A stretch of 64,000 bases of DNA from Candidatus Sysuiplasma jiujiangense (GTDB lineage Archaea; Thermoplasmatota; Thermoplasmata; Sysuiplasmatales; Sysuiplasmataceae). Shown here one piece after another: positions 38,482-47,398 of this stretch. How positions within the stretch are numbered: the stretch's first letter is position 1; every line of letters begins with the position of its first letter. The notes beneath the pieces were generated by a model that saw nothing but the letters and a program-made list of their open reading frames with translations, searched no databases and was not told the origin of the DNA. The stretch is from assembly GCA_019721075.1 (NCBI GenBank), contig JAHEAD010000008.1:1-64000 (forward strand), written 5' to 3'. Position numbers and translations under genes: made by a program.

Positions 38482-39043
38482 GCACTACACCTCTTCCAGT
38501 TTTAATCAGCGAGCCAATAAACAAAATAAAAAGCAGCGTGAATTCGAACACGACAGGCGCAAGAATTATCAGAGGCATATATCTGTAGAACAGTATGAGA
38601 TATACAGAGAGGAGCACAGCAACGACAACCAGATTCTCCAGTCCCATGAATATCGAATTTACAGACAGAACTTTTCCGATTCCTAAGGATTTGAGATAGA
38701 CAGAGGAAGTGAAAAGTAATCCCGACATAGTCAGAAACGAAAATACCATGGTAACGTTGTCGGCAATAACCGGATTGTTATAAGAATAGTAGAAAACCGG
38801 AATGACGCAGACAACTGTTATAAGAAGCGAGTACAAGATGCGGGCCGGCGTTTTGCAGAAGTAGACAGATGCTGCAAACGGAAAGACCAGGGAACCGGTT
38901 ATGATGCCGCCTAGCACGTAGGGGATGGCCGTAGCCGTTCCGACTGCATAGATGAAACCGGAGAGGTAAATCACAGCCAGGGAAAGTGTGGCTCCCCAGA
39001 CCGTATAGAATAAATTTAAAATGACCTTTTTGCCTTTCAACAT
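38477..39043 (-). CDS. Hypothetical six-TM membrane protein
   Basis: Highly hydrophobic; TATA-like CTTATAAA about 30 nt upstream; overlaps the start of the phosphoesterase gene. Confidence 0.7.
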   Translation of the reverse strand: MLKGKKVILNLFYTVWGATLSLAVIYLSGFIYAVGTATAIPYVLGGIITGSLVFPFAASVYFCKTPARILYSLLITVVCVIPVFYYSYNNPVIADNVTMVFSFLTMSGLLFTSSVYLKSLGIGKVLSVNSIFMGLENLVVVAVLLSVYLILFYRYMPLIILAPVVFEFTLLFILFIGSLIKTGRGVVH

Positions 39044-39112
39044 TTCACGGGCGGGAGAATCAGCATCTCCGTTTTATAAGCATCTTTCCAGCAATGATTA
39101 CCAGTAAATTTG

Positions 39113-39143
39113 TAACAACAAATTTTGTAGTAATATGTTTATA
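39113..39143 (+). promoter_or_regulatory. Imperfect palindrome plus TATA box upstream of ribB
   Basis: TAACAACAAA-T-TTTGTAGTAA (39113-39133) followed by TTTATA (39138-39143). Confidence 0.5.
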
Positions 39144-39162
39144 TCCTGCCTGATTAGCAGAT

Positions 39163-39861
39163 ATGGTGAAAATGATACACGAACCACTGGAAAGCCAGAT
39201 ATTGGCAGCAGCAGAGGAGCTGAAAGCGGGAAACATCATATTTGTCCATGACTCATCTTCGAGAGAGAACGAGGTAGACATGGTTGCGTCGGCCTATATG
39301 TGCACCCCTGAGATGATTTCAACAATGAGGGAGAGAGCAGGAGGATTAATTTGCTCTGCAATAGGGAACGAGGTTGCGGCCAACATACATCTGCCATTCA
39401 TGCATGAAATACTCGAACTTTCACATGAAAAATATCCGGATCTCACTTCCATGATAGAGACAAGAACGCCATACGGCGGCAGACCTGCCTTCTCCATATC
39501 CGTCAATCACAGGGATGTCTTCACCGGTGTCAGTGACGGCGAAAGATGTATGACAATCAGGCAGATAGGCAATGTTGCGAAACTCGCGGCCGAAGGGAGA
39601 GATGCGAACAGTGAGTTCTATTCAAAGCTCAAATCTCCCGGCCATGTGCCTCTTCTGATTGAGGCAAGGAATTCGCTCGCGGAGAGACGCGGGCACACAG
39701 AACTTTCAATCAGGCTCGCCAGGATTGCTGGACTGCCACCGGCTACAGTGGTCTGCGAGATGCTTGACTCCCGCACGCACAAATCACTTGATCTGGAGAA
39801 AGCAAGAAGAATTGCCGGTGAACTGAAGCTTCCGATCATCGAGGGCGAGATGCTTCAATGA
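39163..39861 (+). CDS. ribB: 3,4-dihydroxy-2-butanone 4-phosphate synthase, archaeal type
   Basis: DSSSRENEVD, AGGLIC, FTGVSDGER, SPGHV, RRGHTE, VCEML. Confidence 0.93.
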   Translation: MVKMIHEPLESQILAAAEELKAGNIIFVHDSSSRENEVDMVASAYMCTPEMISTMRERAGGLICSAIGNEVAANIHLPFMHEILELSHEKYPDLTSMIETRTPYGGRPAFSISVNHRDVFTGVSDGERCMTIRQIGNVAKLAAEGRDANSEFYSKLKSPGHVPLLIEARNSLAERRGHTELSIRLARIAGLPPATVVCEMLDSRTHKSLDLEKARRIAGELKLPIIEGEMLQ

Positions 39862-39871
39862 GGAAAAATTG

Positions 39872-40342
39872 ATGAAAGGGAAGCGGGAAGATATCCGGGC
39901 AGCAATTGTCTGCTCGACGTTTAATGAAGACATAACCTCCAGGATGTTTGAGGCTGCGGTAAGGGAATGCGACCGCCAGCATATGGAGGTAAAGGCATCA
40001 TGCAGGATTCCCGGAGTTTTCGACATGCCACTCTTCGTGGACACTCTACTCCTGAGGAGGGATGTTGACTGTGCCATTACCCTTGGGGCAGTAATAAAGG
40101 GCGAAACTGACCATGATGACCTCATTGCAAGAACTACAGCTGCTGCAATTGTGAACATTGCACTGAAGCGGGGCAAGCCGGTGGCCCTGGGTATTACCGG
40201 CCCGGGCGTGTCATGGGAGCAGGCGGAGGCGAGGGCAGAGGAATATGCCATCAGGGCGACAGCGGCAGCAGCTGAAATGGTCAGAACACTGAGAACCATG
40301 CCGCACGCAGAAGACAGAGGCATGATGAAGACAAACGGTTGA
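39872..40342 (+). CDS. ribH: 6,7-dimethyl-8-ribityllumazine synthase
   Basis: FNEDIT, PGVFDMP, LGAVIKGETDHD, GITGPG. Confidence 0.93.
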   Translation: MKGKREDIRAAIVCSTFNEDITSRMFEAAVRECDRQHMEVKASCRIPGVFDMPLFVDTLLLRRDVDCAITLGAVIKGETDHDDLIARTTAAAIVNIALKRGKPVALGITGPGVSWEQAEARAEEYAIRATAAAAEMVRTLRTMPHAEDRGMMKTNG

Positions 40343-40364
40343 AACGGGGACTGAGATTCTGGAC

Positions 40365-41630
40365 GTGGAGAAACCGCAGGAAAGTATACTGATACAAAAC
40401 ACAACTGTGCTTGAGGGGTGTGAACTGAAACTTCTCGAATCTGTTGACATCTTCATTGATGGCGGCACTATAACGGATGTAGCCGAATCAGGCAACGCAG
40501 ATTATTCAAAGAACGGGATAGGCAGAGTAATCGACGGCCGCGGAACTGTTGTCATCCCGGGATTCGTAAATGCACATGTGCACCTAAATGATGCACCGCT
40601 GAAGGATGCAGGCGCAGGAATGACGCTTGAGGAGATGGTGCATCCGGTCAGCGGGCTGAAGCGGTCTGGCATGCTGAAGTACAGTATGGAAGAGAGACTG
40701 AGGAGCGTTTCTTCGGCCCTGGCAGAAATGGCGCAATCCGGCATAACAGGTGCCATAGATTTTCATGAGGAGGATTACAGCATCATAGCACGATTGAAGG
40801 CATCGCTGCCGTCTGCTTCGCCTGCGGTACAGTTTCTTGGAAGACCGGCTGTCTATTTTTCGGAAAAGGAGATAGTGGAAAACCTGATGCTTGAAACTGA
40901 CGAAATTGACGAGGGCAGACAAAGGCTCGAGCCTTTTGACGGAATAGCACTGAGCGGCTGCAACGAATACAGCGACGGAGCCATGGAACAGATACACGGA
41001 ATGGCCAAAGGAAGGATGACCGGAATACATGCCGCCGAAACCATAAGATCTGACAGACTATCAAGGAAAATGACAGGGGAGAGCGAAGTAAAGAGGGCAA
41101 TCGAGCATCTGAAGCCTGATTTTTTTGTACACCTCACGCATGCTGATGATGATGATCTCCGCATGATCTCAAAACAGGCAATAGGATCTGTAATCTGCCC
41201 GAGATCAAATGCGCTGTTTGGAGCCGGCATCCCGCCCGTCGGGAAGCTCATGGCATTGAAAATACCGGTTGCGCTGGGAACAGACAACCTCATGCTGAAT
41301 TCCACGGACATGTTCAGGGAAATGGATTTCGCGTCAAAGGTGGCAGATATTGCTTCGGGTGAGCCTGGGACTGTCGAAGACGTCGAAGTGCTCAAAATGG
41401 CGACGCTAAACGGTGCAAACCTGATGAGCAGGGGCAGAAGTCATGGATGCATAGAGGCGGGAGGCAAGGCAGATCTCGTAGTGATCGATCTTAAATCAGA
41501 AAGAATGGAAGGAACGAACGATGTTGTGTCGGCAATCGTTCACAGAGCCGGCATCAGCGATATCATGTATACAGTAAAGGCGGGTAAAATTATTTACGAA
41601 AGACATTGCAGGGGAAGGGGGGTGGGGTGA
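40365..41630 (+). CDS. Amidohydrolase-superfamily metal-dependent deaminase
   Basis: PGFVNAHVHLND, DFHE, GIHAAE, VHLTH, CPRSN, LGTDN. Confidence 0.85.
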   Translation: MEKPQESILIQNTTVLEGCELKLLESVDIFIDGGTITDVAESGNADYSKNGIGRVIDGRGTVVIPGFVNAHVHLNDAPLKDAGAGMTLEEMVHPVSGLKRSGMLKYSMEERLRSVSSALAEMAQSGITGAIDFHEEDYSIIARLKASLPSASPAVQFLGRPAVYFSEKEIVENLMLETDEIDEGRQRLEPFDGIALSGCNEYSDGAMEQIHGMAKGRMTGIHAAETIRSDRLSRKMTGESEVKRAIEHLKPDFFVHLTHADDDDLRMISKQAIGSVICPRSNALFGAGIPPVGKLMALKIPVALGTDNLMLNSTDMFREMDFASKVADIASGEPGTVEDVEVLKMATLNGANLMSRGRSHGCIEAGGKADLVVIDLKSERMEGTNDVVSAIVHRAGISDIMYTVKAGKIIYERHCRGRGVG

Positions 41631-42230
41631 ATGTTCACAGGCATCGTGGAAGGAACTGCGATCGTAGTCGGTGCATATCGGCGGGAAGGAAACATGCGCC
41701 TGAGCGTGAGATTCAGGAGCAATGGAAGGGCCTACAGAACAGGAGAGAGCATCGCCATAAACGGTGCATGCCTCACTGCGGCTTCAGTCAGGAAGGATAC
41801 AGTTTCATTCGACGTGATTGCCGAAACACTCAGAAAGACGAATCTGGGGGAGATCACAAAGGGCGACGTGGTAAACTTTGAAAGGAGTATGAGAAGTGCG
41901 GACCTGATTGGAGGACATCTCGTCGCCGGTCACATAGACGGAACCGGGAAAATATCGGAGATAGAGAATGAGGGCGGCTCTGTCCGGATGACAGTCCGGG
42001 TCCAGAAGAATATAGGCTCGATGATTTCAGAGAAGGGATTCGTTGCCGTTGACGGCGTAAGCCTCACTCCCGCGGATGTTTCAGAGAGCAGATTCAGCCT
42101 GTATCTAATTCCGGAAACCAGAAGGAGGACCACGTTTGGCGTAAGGGAAGTAGGAGACAGGGTAAATATTGAAATTGACATATTTGCGAAATACATAAAA
42201 AAGTTTGTAGACGTCCGGATGAACACGTAA
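41631..42230 (+). CDS. ribE: Riboflavin synthase, bacterial alpha-type
   Basis: MFTGIVE, GESIAINGACLT, GGHLVAGHID, KGFVAVDGVSLT, VNIEID. Confidence 0.93.
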   Translation: MFTGIVEGTAIVVGAYRREGNMRLSVRFRSNGRAYRTGESIAINGACLTAASVRKDTVSFDVIAETLRKTNLGEITKGDVVNFERSMRSADLIGGHLVAGHIDGTGKISEIENEGGSVRMTVRVQKNIGSMISEKGFVAVDGVSLTPADVSESRFSLYLIPETRRRTTFGVREVGDRVNIEIDIFAKYIKKFVDVRMNT

Positions 42231-42388
42231 ATCAGCCTGCGGTTGGGCCTGGGGATAGGGTGTCCTTGCATTCCGGCAGCACAAAAAGGAACGCGGACGG
42301 TGATTTGCCAGGGTCCGGCTGTCAATATTATCATATTATGAACTAAGATGGCAAACTTAAATACTGGAGCATGCGACTTTTTATCCAA

Positions 42389-43705
42389 ATGGCGTACGAC
42401 ATAGAGTTTGGCTGCAGGGCGCTGATAAACGTTATTGTCTCGAGGGAAACGAGACAGCGAATGGCAGAGGGAAATATACAAAAATTGCCAGAAAAAAGGC
42501 TGCTGGAATATATAAACTCACTAATAGATCTGGGATGGGTAAAAGAGGAAAGAGGCGACAAGAAAGATTCAGATTATGTTGTGTACGCATTTACGGAAAA
42601 GGGAAGAAGAATATATGAGAATCCATCGGAACTCCTGAACCTGTCGGATGCAGAGCAGGAACATGTTTCCTTGCTCAGGAGACTGGATGCGCTGAAGAGG
42701 GACGATTCAATTTCGATGATGCCCCAGACACTCATGGCACTTTCTGATCTCTGCCTGGGCAATGGAAGGTATGACAGCGCACTCATGTATGCAATGGATT
42801 TGCACAAAAGAGCGGAGGAACTCAAAAGCACTTTTTTTGTCGGTGAAGCCTCGATACTGATGGGGAGGGTGGAGAATGCCAGGGGAGAACTTGAATCATC
42901 GCTGAAATATTTCATAAACGCAACTGACGCATTCAACAGGATAGGTGAGGTATCCAGGGAGGCTGACAGTCTGAGATATGCAGGTGGCGTCTTGTTGAAA
43001 ATGGGAGATTACAAGCAGGCCATGATGATGTTTGAGCAGAGCAAAGACAAGTTCTTCCACATCAGGCACATGATGGGAGTTGCCAAAGCTAAGGCTAACC
43101 TTGGCATACTTCATTCTCTGACGAAGAATTACGATACAGCGGAGAACTACTGGAAGAATGCGCTTGAATTTTTTGAGGCTCTTGAGGATAAAGAGAGTCA
43201 GACAAAGATATTGAATAACCTTGGCGCGATGCTTATAATGACAAAGAAATATGATGAGGCAGTAAATTATCTGAGAAAAGCAATAACTATCTCAAGAGAA
43301 GATAAAAACAAATATTCAGAATGCATAGGTATTCTCAATTTCGCCTATGCAAATGCTAAACTCGGCAAGTATGAAATTGCAAGGCAGGCTGTTGACTCAA
43401 TTAATAATGCACTCAAAGAGGGATTTGACACTTATCTTCTCGCATACAATGAACTTGTAATGGCAATTTACACAACCTACAGAGGAAGCTGGAACGAAGC
43501 AGAAAAAAGATTCCTTGCGGCCATTAGATTTGCGACCACTTCAGGGAATGCAGAACTCATTTCTGAATGCCATGAAGAGTACGGCAGAGCACTTATGCAA
43601 AAAAATGAGCGTGAAAGGGCCGCGACTGAATTTACGGCATCAGTCTCGGTTTCGGAAAGCATCGCTATTACTGAACTTAGAAAAGGTTTGTCAAACGGCA
43701 CATAG
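42389..43705 (+). CDS. Winged-helix plus tetratricopeptide-repeat protein
   Basis: LLEYINSLIDLGWV...YAFTEKGR wHTH signature followed by multiple TPR units (ANLGILH, LNNLGAML, A..Y..KA). Confidence 0.8.
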   Translation: MAYDIEFGCRALINVIVSRETRQRMAEGNIQKLPEKRLLEYINSLIDLGWVKEERGDKKDSDYVVYAFTEKGRRIYENPSELLNLSDAEQEHVSLLRRLDALKRDDSISMMPQTLMALSDLCLGNGRYDSALMYAMDLHKRAEELKSTFFVGEASILMGRVENARGELESSLKYFINATDAFNRIGEVSREADSLRYAGGVLLKMGDYKQAMMMFEQSKDKFFHIRHMMGVAKAKANLGILHSLTKNYDTAENYWKNALEFFEALEDKESQTKILNNLGAMLIMTKKYDEAVNYLRKAITISREDKNKYSECIGILNFAYANAKLGKYEIARQAVDSINNALKEGFDTYLLAYNELVMAIYTTYRGSWNEAEKRFLAAIRFATTSGNAELISECHEEYGRALMQKNERERAATEFTASVSVSESIAITELRKGLSNGT

Positions 43706-44298
43706 ATTTGTAATTCACAATGGGTCCCAAAGTGGCAAAATATAACCTCCCCCTCTTTTTTTTGCAAAGGCGCGCAGGGCAACAGCCGGGCTGTAATCGA
43801 AGCCTGAAATCGTCAGCCTCCTCCAGCTGAGATTGCAGAAAGCAACAGCTATTGCTACCCACGAAGACGTGGTCTTGCTTACTATACTCGTCCCCTCGCA
43901 GTTCGGTTATCAGCAATTGCTCATTTAAAACATGTGTTCGATTGGGAACAACGAATTCGGTTTGGGATCCAGAATATGGATAAAGAGAGGTCCGACAGAA
44001 TTGATTAATTGCCACGTCAAATCACATTGTTAGAGACATAAGGCTGATTTCATTTTGGCTTGAAAAACGGTAAAAAAATCCAGTGCCAGTGATCTGTAAT
44101 TAATTTGACCGAAGATATTTTTTCCTAACCAATGTTTCACATCGAACAGAAATGTTTATCAAGTCGATAAATAATATAATTGTAATTAAATTAAAATATT
44201 TAGCAAAAGAAGTTCTTACTAAAATCGTATCAACATTAGTTTAATCGTAACCATTTTCATGCCAATAGGTCAAATATTGCGTATGCCTGTGTTTTTCC

Positions 44299-44850
44299 GT
44301 GCCCCGGATTTATGCATATATTGCAGGAGAAGACGATCCCAAAAAGTGCACTGCAAAGAAAATGGCCAGATTCAATCTTGCAACTGCAGTTCGAAGAATT
44401 TCGGCACTGCCTTCAGAGGCGGTTGTCCTTGATCCCGGGGCGCCCAAAGCCGTGTCGGCGGAGGACAGGAGCAGGATGGAAATATCAGGGATTGCAGTTC
44501 TTGATTTTTCCTGGCGAAATATAGAGGAAAGTATGCCGTCCCTCAAATTCCCTTACAGGAGGGCATTGCCATATCTTGTTGCTGCGAATCCGGTTATGTA
44601 CGGGCGGCCGTGTCAGCTCAGCAGCGTCGAAGCTGTTGCGGCTGCATTGTTTATTTCAGGTTTCAGAGATCAGGCCTTAGAAGTGCTTTCAAAATTTTCC
44701 TGGGGAATGCGTTTCATTGAGCTCAATCGTGAACCGCTCGGGAGATATGCATCTGCAGAGACGAGTGCAGAGGTGGTATCGATACAGTGGGATTATGCAG
44801 GCATGGAAGATCCATGGTCGCCACAGAAGCCGGTTCATTCACAGAAATAG
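44299..44850 (+). CDS. tsr3: rRNA aminocarboxypropyltransferase Tsr3 (DUF367)
   Basis: DDPKKCTAKK, LDFSW, RALPYLVAANPVMYG, LSSVEA, FSWG..F..LN. Confidence 0.93.
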   Translation: MPRIYAYIAGEDDPKKCTAKKMARFNLATAVRRISALPSEAVVLDPGAPKAVSAEDRSRMEISGIAVLDFSWRNIEESMPSLKFPYRRALPYLVAANPVMYGRPCQLSSVEAVAAALFISGFRDQALEVLSKFSWGMRFIELNREPLGRYASAETSAEVVSIQWDYAGMEDPWSPQKPVHSQK

Positions 44851-44870
44851 CCTGAGCCGGGGTCATAAGA

Positions 44871-44884
44871 GTTCCAGTGGAAAC
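44871..44884 (+). promoter_or_regulatory. ORB-core element (putative Orc1/Cdc6 binding site)
   Basis: GTTCCAGTGGAAAC in the tsr3-mcm spacer; no 3' G-string. Confidence 0.5.
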
Positions 44885-44996
44885 GCCATTTCTACTGCTT
44901 CTCATGCAGGTGCCCGCATGCTTTGTTTTCGGCAATCGGCCGATCAAGTTTATCTATCAAGTCATTTCTCACTGTCAGTGAACCCGTGAGATACAG

Positions 44997-47087
44997 ATGG
45001 CTTATTCTGCAGTGATTCAGTACAGCGAGGAGGCACTCGTAGCAAAATGGGAGGAATTCTTCAATGAAACGGGTCTCAGAAGCCAGATAATGATCCTTGC
45101 AGACAAGTATCCGGAAGAACGGAGTGTGATGGTTCAGTTTTCCATCATAGACAGGTTCGACCCGGATTTTGCAGTCTTCCTGCTGGAGGATCCGACAAAG
45201 TCATTTCTTGCCTCACAGAAGGCCATAAAGAACCAGCTGGCACCTGAACGCCAGAACGTTTTGCTCAATCTGCGGGTAACCGGTCTCCCTGCAGACTCCC
45301 ACATTGACATCAGGTATCTGAGGAGCAAACACCTGGGCAAATTTGTGTGTATAGAGGGACTGGTGAGAAAGGTCACGGAAGTGCGACCAAGGCTGCTTTC
45401 TGCGGCATTCAAGTGCGTGCGATGCGATGAGATAAATATCGTAGAGCAGGAAGGTATGATTCAGAGGGAACCACTTGAATGCTCGAAATGCGGCAAGGGA
45501 CCAGGGGCCACGAAGTTCACTCTCATTCCTGAGGAGAGCACGTACATAGACACACAGAAGATAGAAGTGCAGGAGCCACCGGAGGGGTTGCGTGGAGGGG
45601 CCCAGCCGGAAAGACTCGAAGGGCACCTGATGGACGACATAACCGGAAGAATTTCCCCGGGTGACAGGGTAATTCTTAACGGAACACTCACAGGTGTACA
45701 GAAAACAGGACCACAGGGAAAATCAACACTTTTCAATATAATGCTGCAGGTCAATTCAGCAGAATACAGGGAACATGAATACGACGAGATCCAGATCACG
45801 CAGGAGGATATTGAGCAAATAAGGGAAGTCGCATCCAGAGGCGACATACTGCACGAGATTGCATCGTCGATATCCCCGACCATATACGGCTTCGATTTTG
45901 AGAAAGAGGCGTTCACGCTGCAACTGTTCAGCGGTGTATCCAAAGAGATGCAGGACGGTACGCGTATAAGGGGAGATATACACATACTTCTTGTAGGCGA
46001 TCCGGGACTGGCGAAGAGTCAGCTACTGAGATATATGTCCGAGCTTGCACCGCGTGGCATATATGCCAGCGGAAAGAGTTCGTCCGCCGCCGGACTCACA
46101 GCTGCAGCTGTCAAGGATGAGTTCGGCGAAGGGAGATGGACTCTTGAAGCCGGCGCCCTCGTTCTTGCGGACAAGGGAATAGCCTGCGTCGATGAGCTTG
46201 ACAAAATGACAGACTACGACAGGAGCGCAATGCACCAGATTATGGAGAGCCAGATAATCACCGTCGCAAAGGCGGGCATAACGGCGACGTTACAGGCCCG
46301 CTGCTCCATACTGGGTGCTGCCAACCCCCGTTACGGAAGATTCGAGGATGAGCAGCTCATCGCCGACCAGATCGATCTTCCTCCTGCGCTTCTCTCAAGA
46401 TTCGACATGATATTTGTCCTCAAGGACAGACCTAACAGCGCAATTGACAGGAATATAGCGGATCATATTCTCAAGGCGCACAGAGTGGGTGAAAAAAGAA
46501 AAGTCCAGAGACTGCCTGAAGGCATTTCCGAAGAAACCGTTACGGAGGAGAGCAAACTTGTCGAACCGCGATTCGACAGGCAATTCCTGAGGAAATACGT
46601 TTCGTATGCAAAGAGAATCAATCCGGTTCTCAGCGACGATGCAATAAAGCTCATACAGGAGGAATATCTCAGAATACGTAAGATGGGCGAAGGGCAGGGC
46701 GCATCTGTACCCATAACGGCGAGGCAGCTTGAAGCATATGTGAGACTGTCTGAAGCAAGCGCAAGGGGACGGCTGAGTACCACGGTTGAGCGAGAGGATG
46801 CCGACAGGGCAATACGGATTGTCGGTTACTACCTTGCAAAGGTTATCGGTGGAGACATAGACAGGATTGCAGGTGAAATGAGCCACAGCCAGAGGGCCCA
46901 TGTAAGCGTCATCCTTGATATTGTCAGAAAGGGCGGGGCAGATGGCATATCATTGGAGGAAATACTCGCCGAATCCGGCAGATACAATATAAGTGAGACT
47001 GAAACCCAGAGGCTCGTGGAGAAACTGTCCAAGGCCGGAGAATTATTCGAAATCAGGTCAGGTATTTACGGCCTGGTCCAAAAGTGA
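44997..47087 (+). CDS. mcm: MCM replicative helicase
   Basis: CVRC...CSKC zinc finger, GDPGLAKSQ, SAAGLTAA, VDELDKM, ALLSRFD, ITARQLE; no intein. Confidence 0.97.
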   Translation: MAYSAVIQYSEEALVAKWEEFFNETGLRSQIMILADKYPEERSVMVQFSIIDRFDPDFAVFLLEDPTKSFLASQKAIKNQLAPERQNVLLNLRVTGLPADSHIDIRYLRSKHLGKFVCIEGLVRKVTEVRPRLLSAAFKCVRCDEINIVEQEGMIQREPLECSKCGKGPGATKFTLIPEESTYIDTQKIEVQEPPEGLRGGAQPERLEGHLMDDITGRISPGDRVILNGTLTGVQKTGPQGKSTLFNIMLQVNSAEYREHEYDEIQITQEDIEQIREVASRGDILHEIASSISPTIYGFDFEKEAFTLQLFSGVSKEMQDGTRIRGDIHILLVGDPGLAKSQLLRYMSELAPRGIYASGKSSSAAGLTAAAVKDEFGEGRWTLEAGALVLADKGIACVDELDKMTDYDRSAMHQIMESQIITVAKAGITATLQARCSILGAANPRYGRFEDEQLIADQIDLPPALLSRFDMIFVLKDRPNSAIDRNIADHILKAHRVGEKRKVQRLPEGISEETVTEESKLVEPRFDRQFLRKYVSYAKRINPVLSDDAIKLIQEEYLRIRKMGEGQGASVPITARQLEAYVRLSEASARGRLSTTVEREDADRAIRIVGYYLAKVIGGDIDRIAGEMSHSQRAHVSVILDIVRKGGADGISLEEILAESGRYNISETETQRLVEKLSKAGELFEIRSGIYGLVQK

Positions 47088-47392
47088 TTTTATTGTTTTC
47101 CATAAAGATCCACAAGATGCCGAAAGAGACAATACTGGCGGTGTGCGACAGCGAAATTCTTGGCTGTAAATTCTCGGACGGAGAAAAGAGAATTGAAGTC
47201 TACAGGAGCTTCTACGGCGAGAAGGAAATAGCAGAAGAAAATCTGGAAAAATATCTGGTCAATGCAACGATAGTAAATCTCGTCGGACAGAGGGCGGTAT
47301 CGCTTGCAATCAGTCTGGGATACGTCGATCCTGAAAGAATACTAACAATCGGAAACACTGTTCATGCCCAGTTTGCGGTTCTCGGGAGATGA
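47084..47392 (+). CDS. DUF424 family protein
   Basis: LAVCDSEILG, FYG, ATIVNLVG, G.TVHAQ. Confidence 0.85.
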   Translation: MILLFSIKIHKMPKETILAVCDSEILGCKFSDGEKRIEVYRSFYGEKEIAEENLEKYLVNATIVNLVGQRAVSLAISLGYVDPERILTIGNTVHAQFAVLGR

Positions 47393-47398
47393 CGTTCG

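Noticed and set aside
39181..39193. Partial ORB-like TTTCCAGTGGTTC (minus strand)
   Set aside because: Inside the ribB coding sequence and only a half match; likely chance.
43677..44015. 112-aa minus-strand ORF in the long intergenic region
   Set aside because: No motif, atypical composition, and overlaps the end of the TPR gene.
44997..47087. Intein in MCM
   Set aside because: At 696 aa with contiguous Walker motifs there is no room for one.
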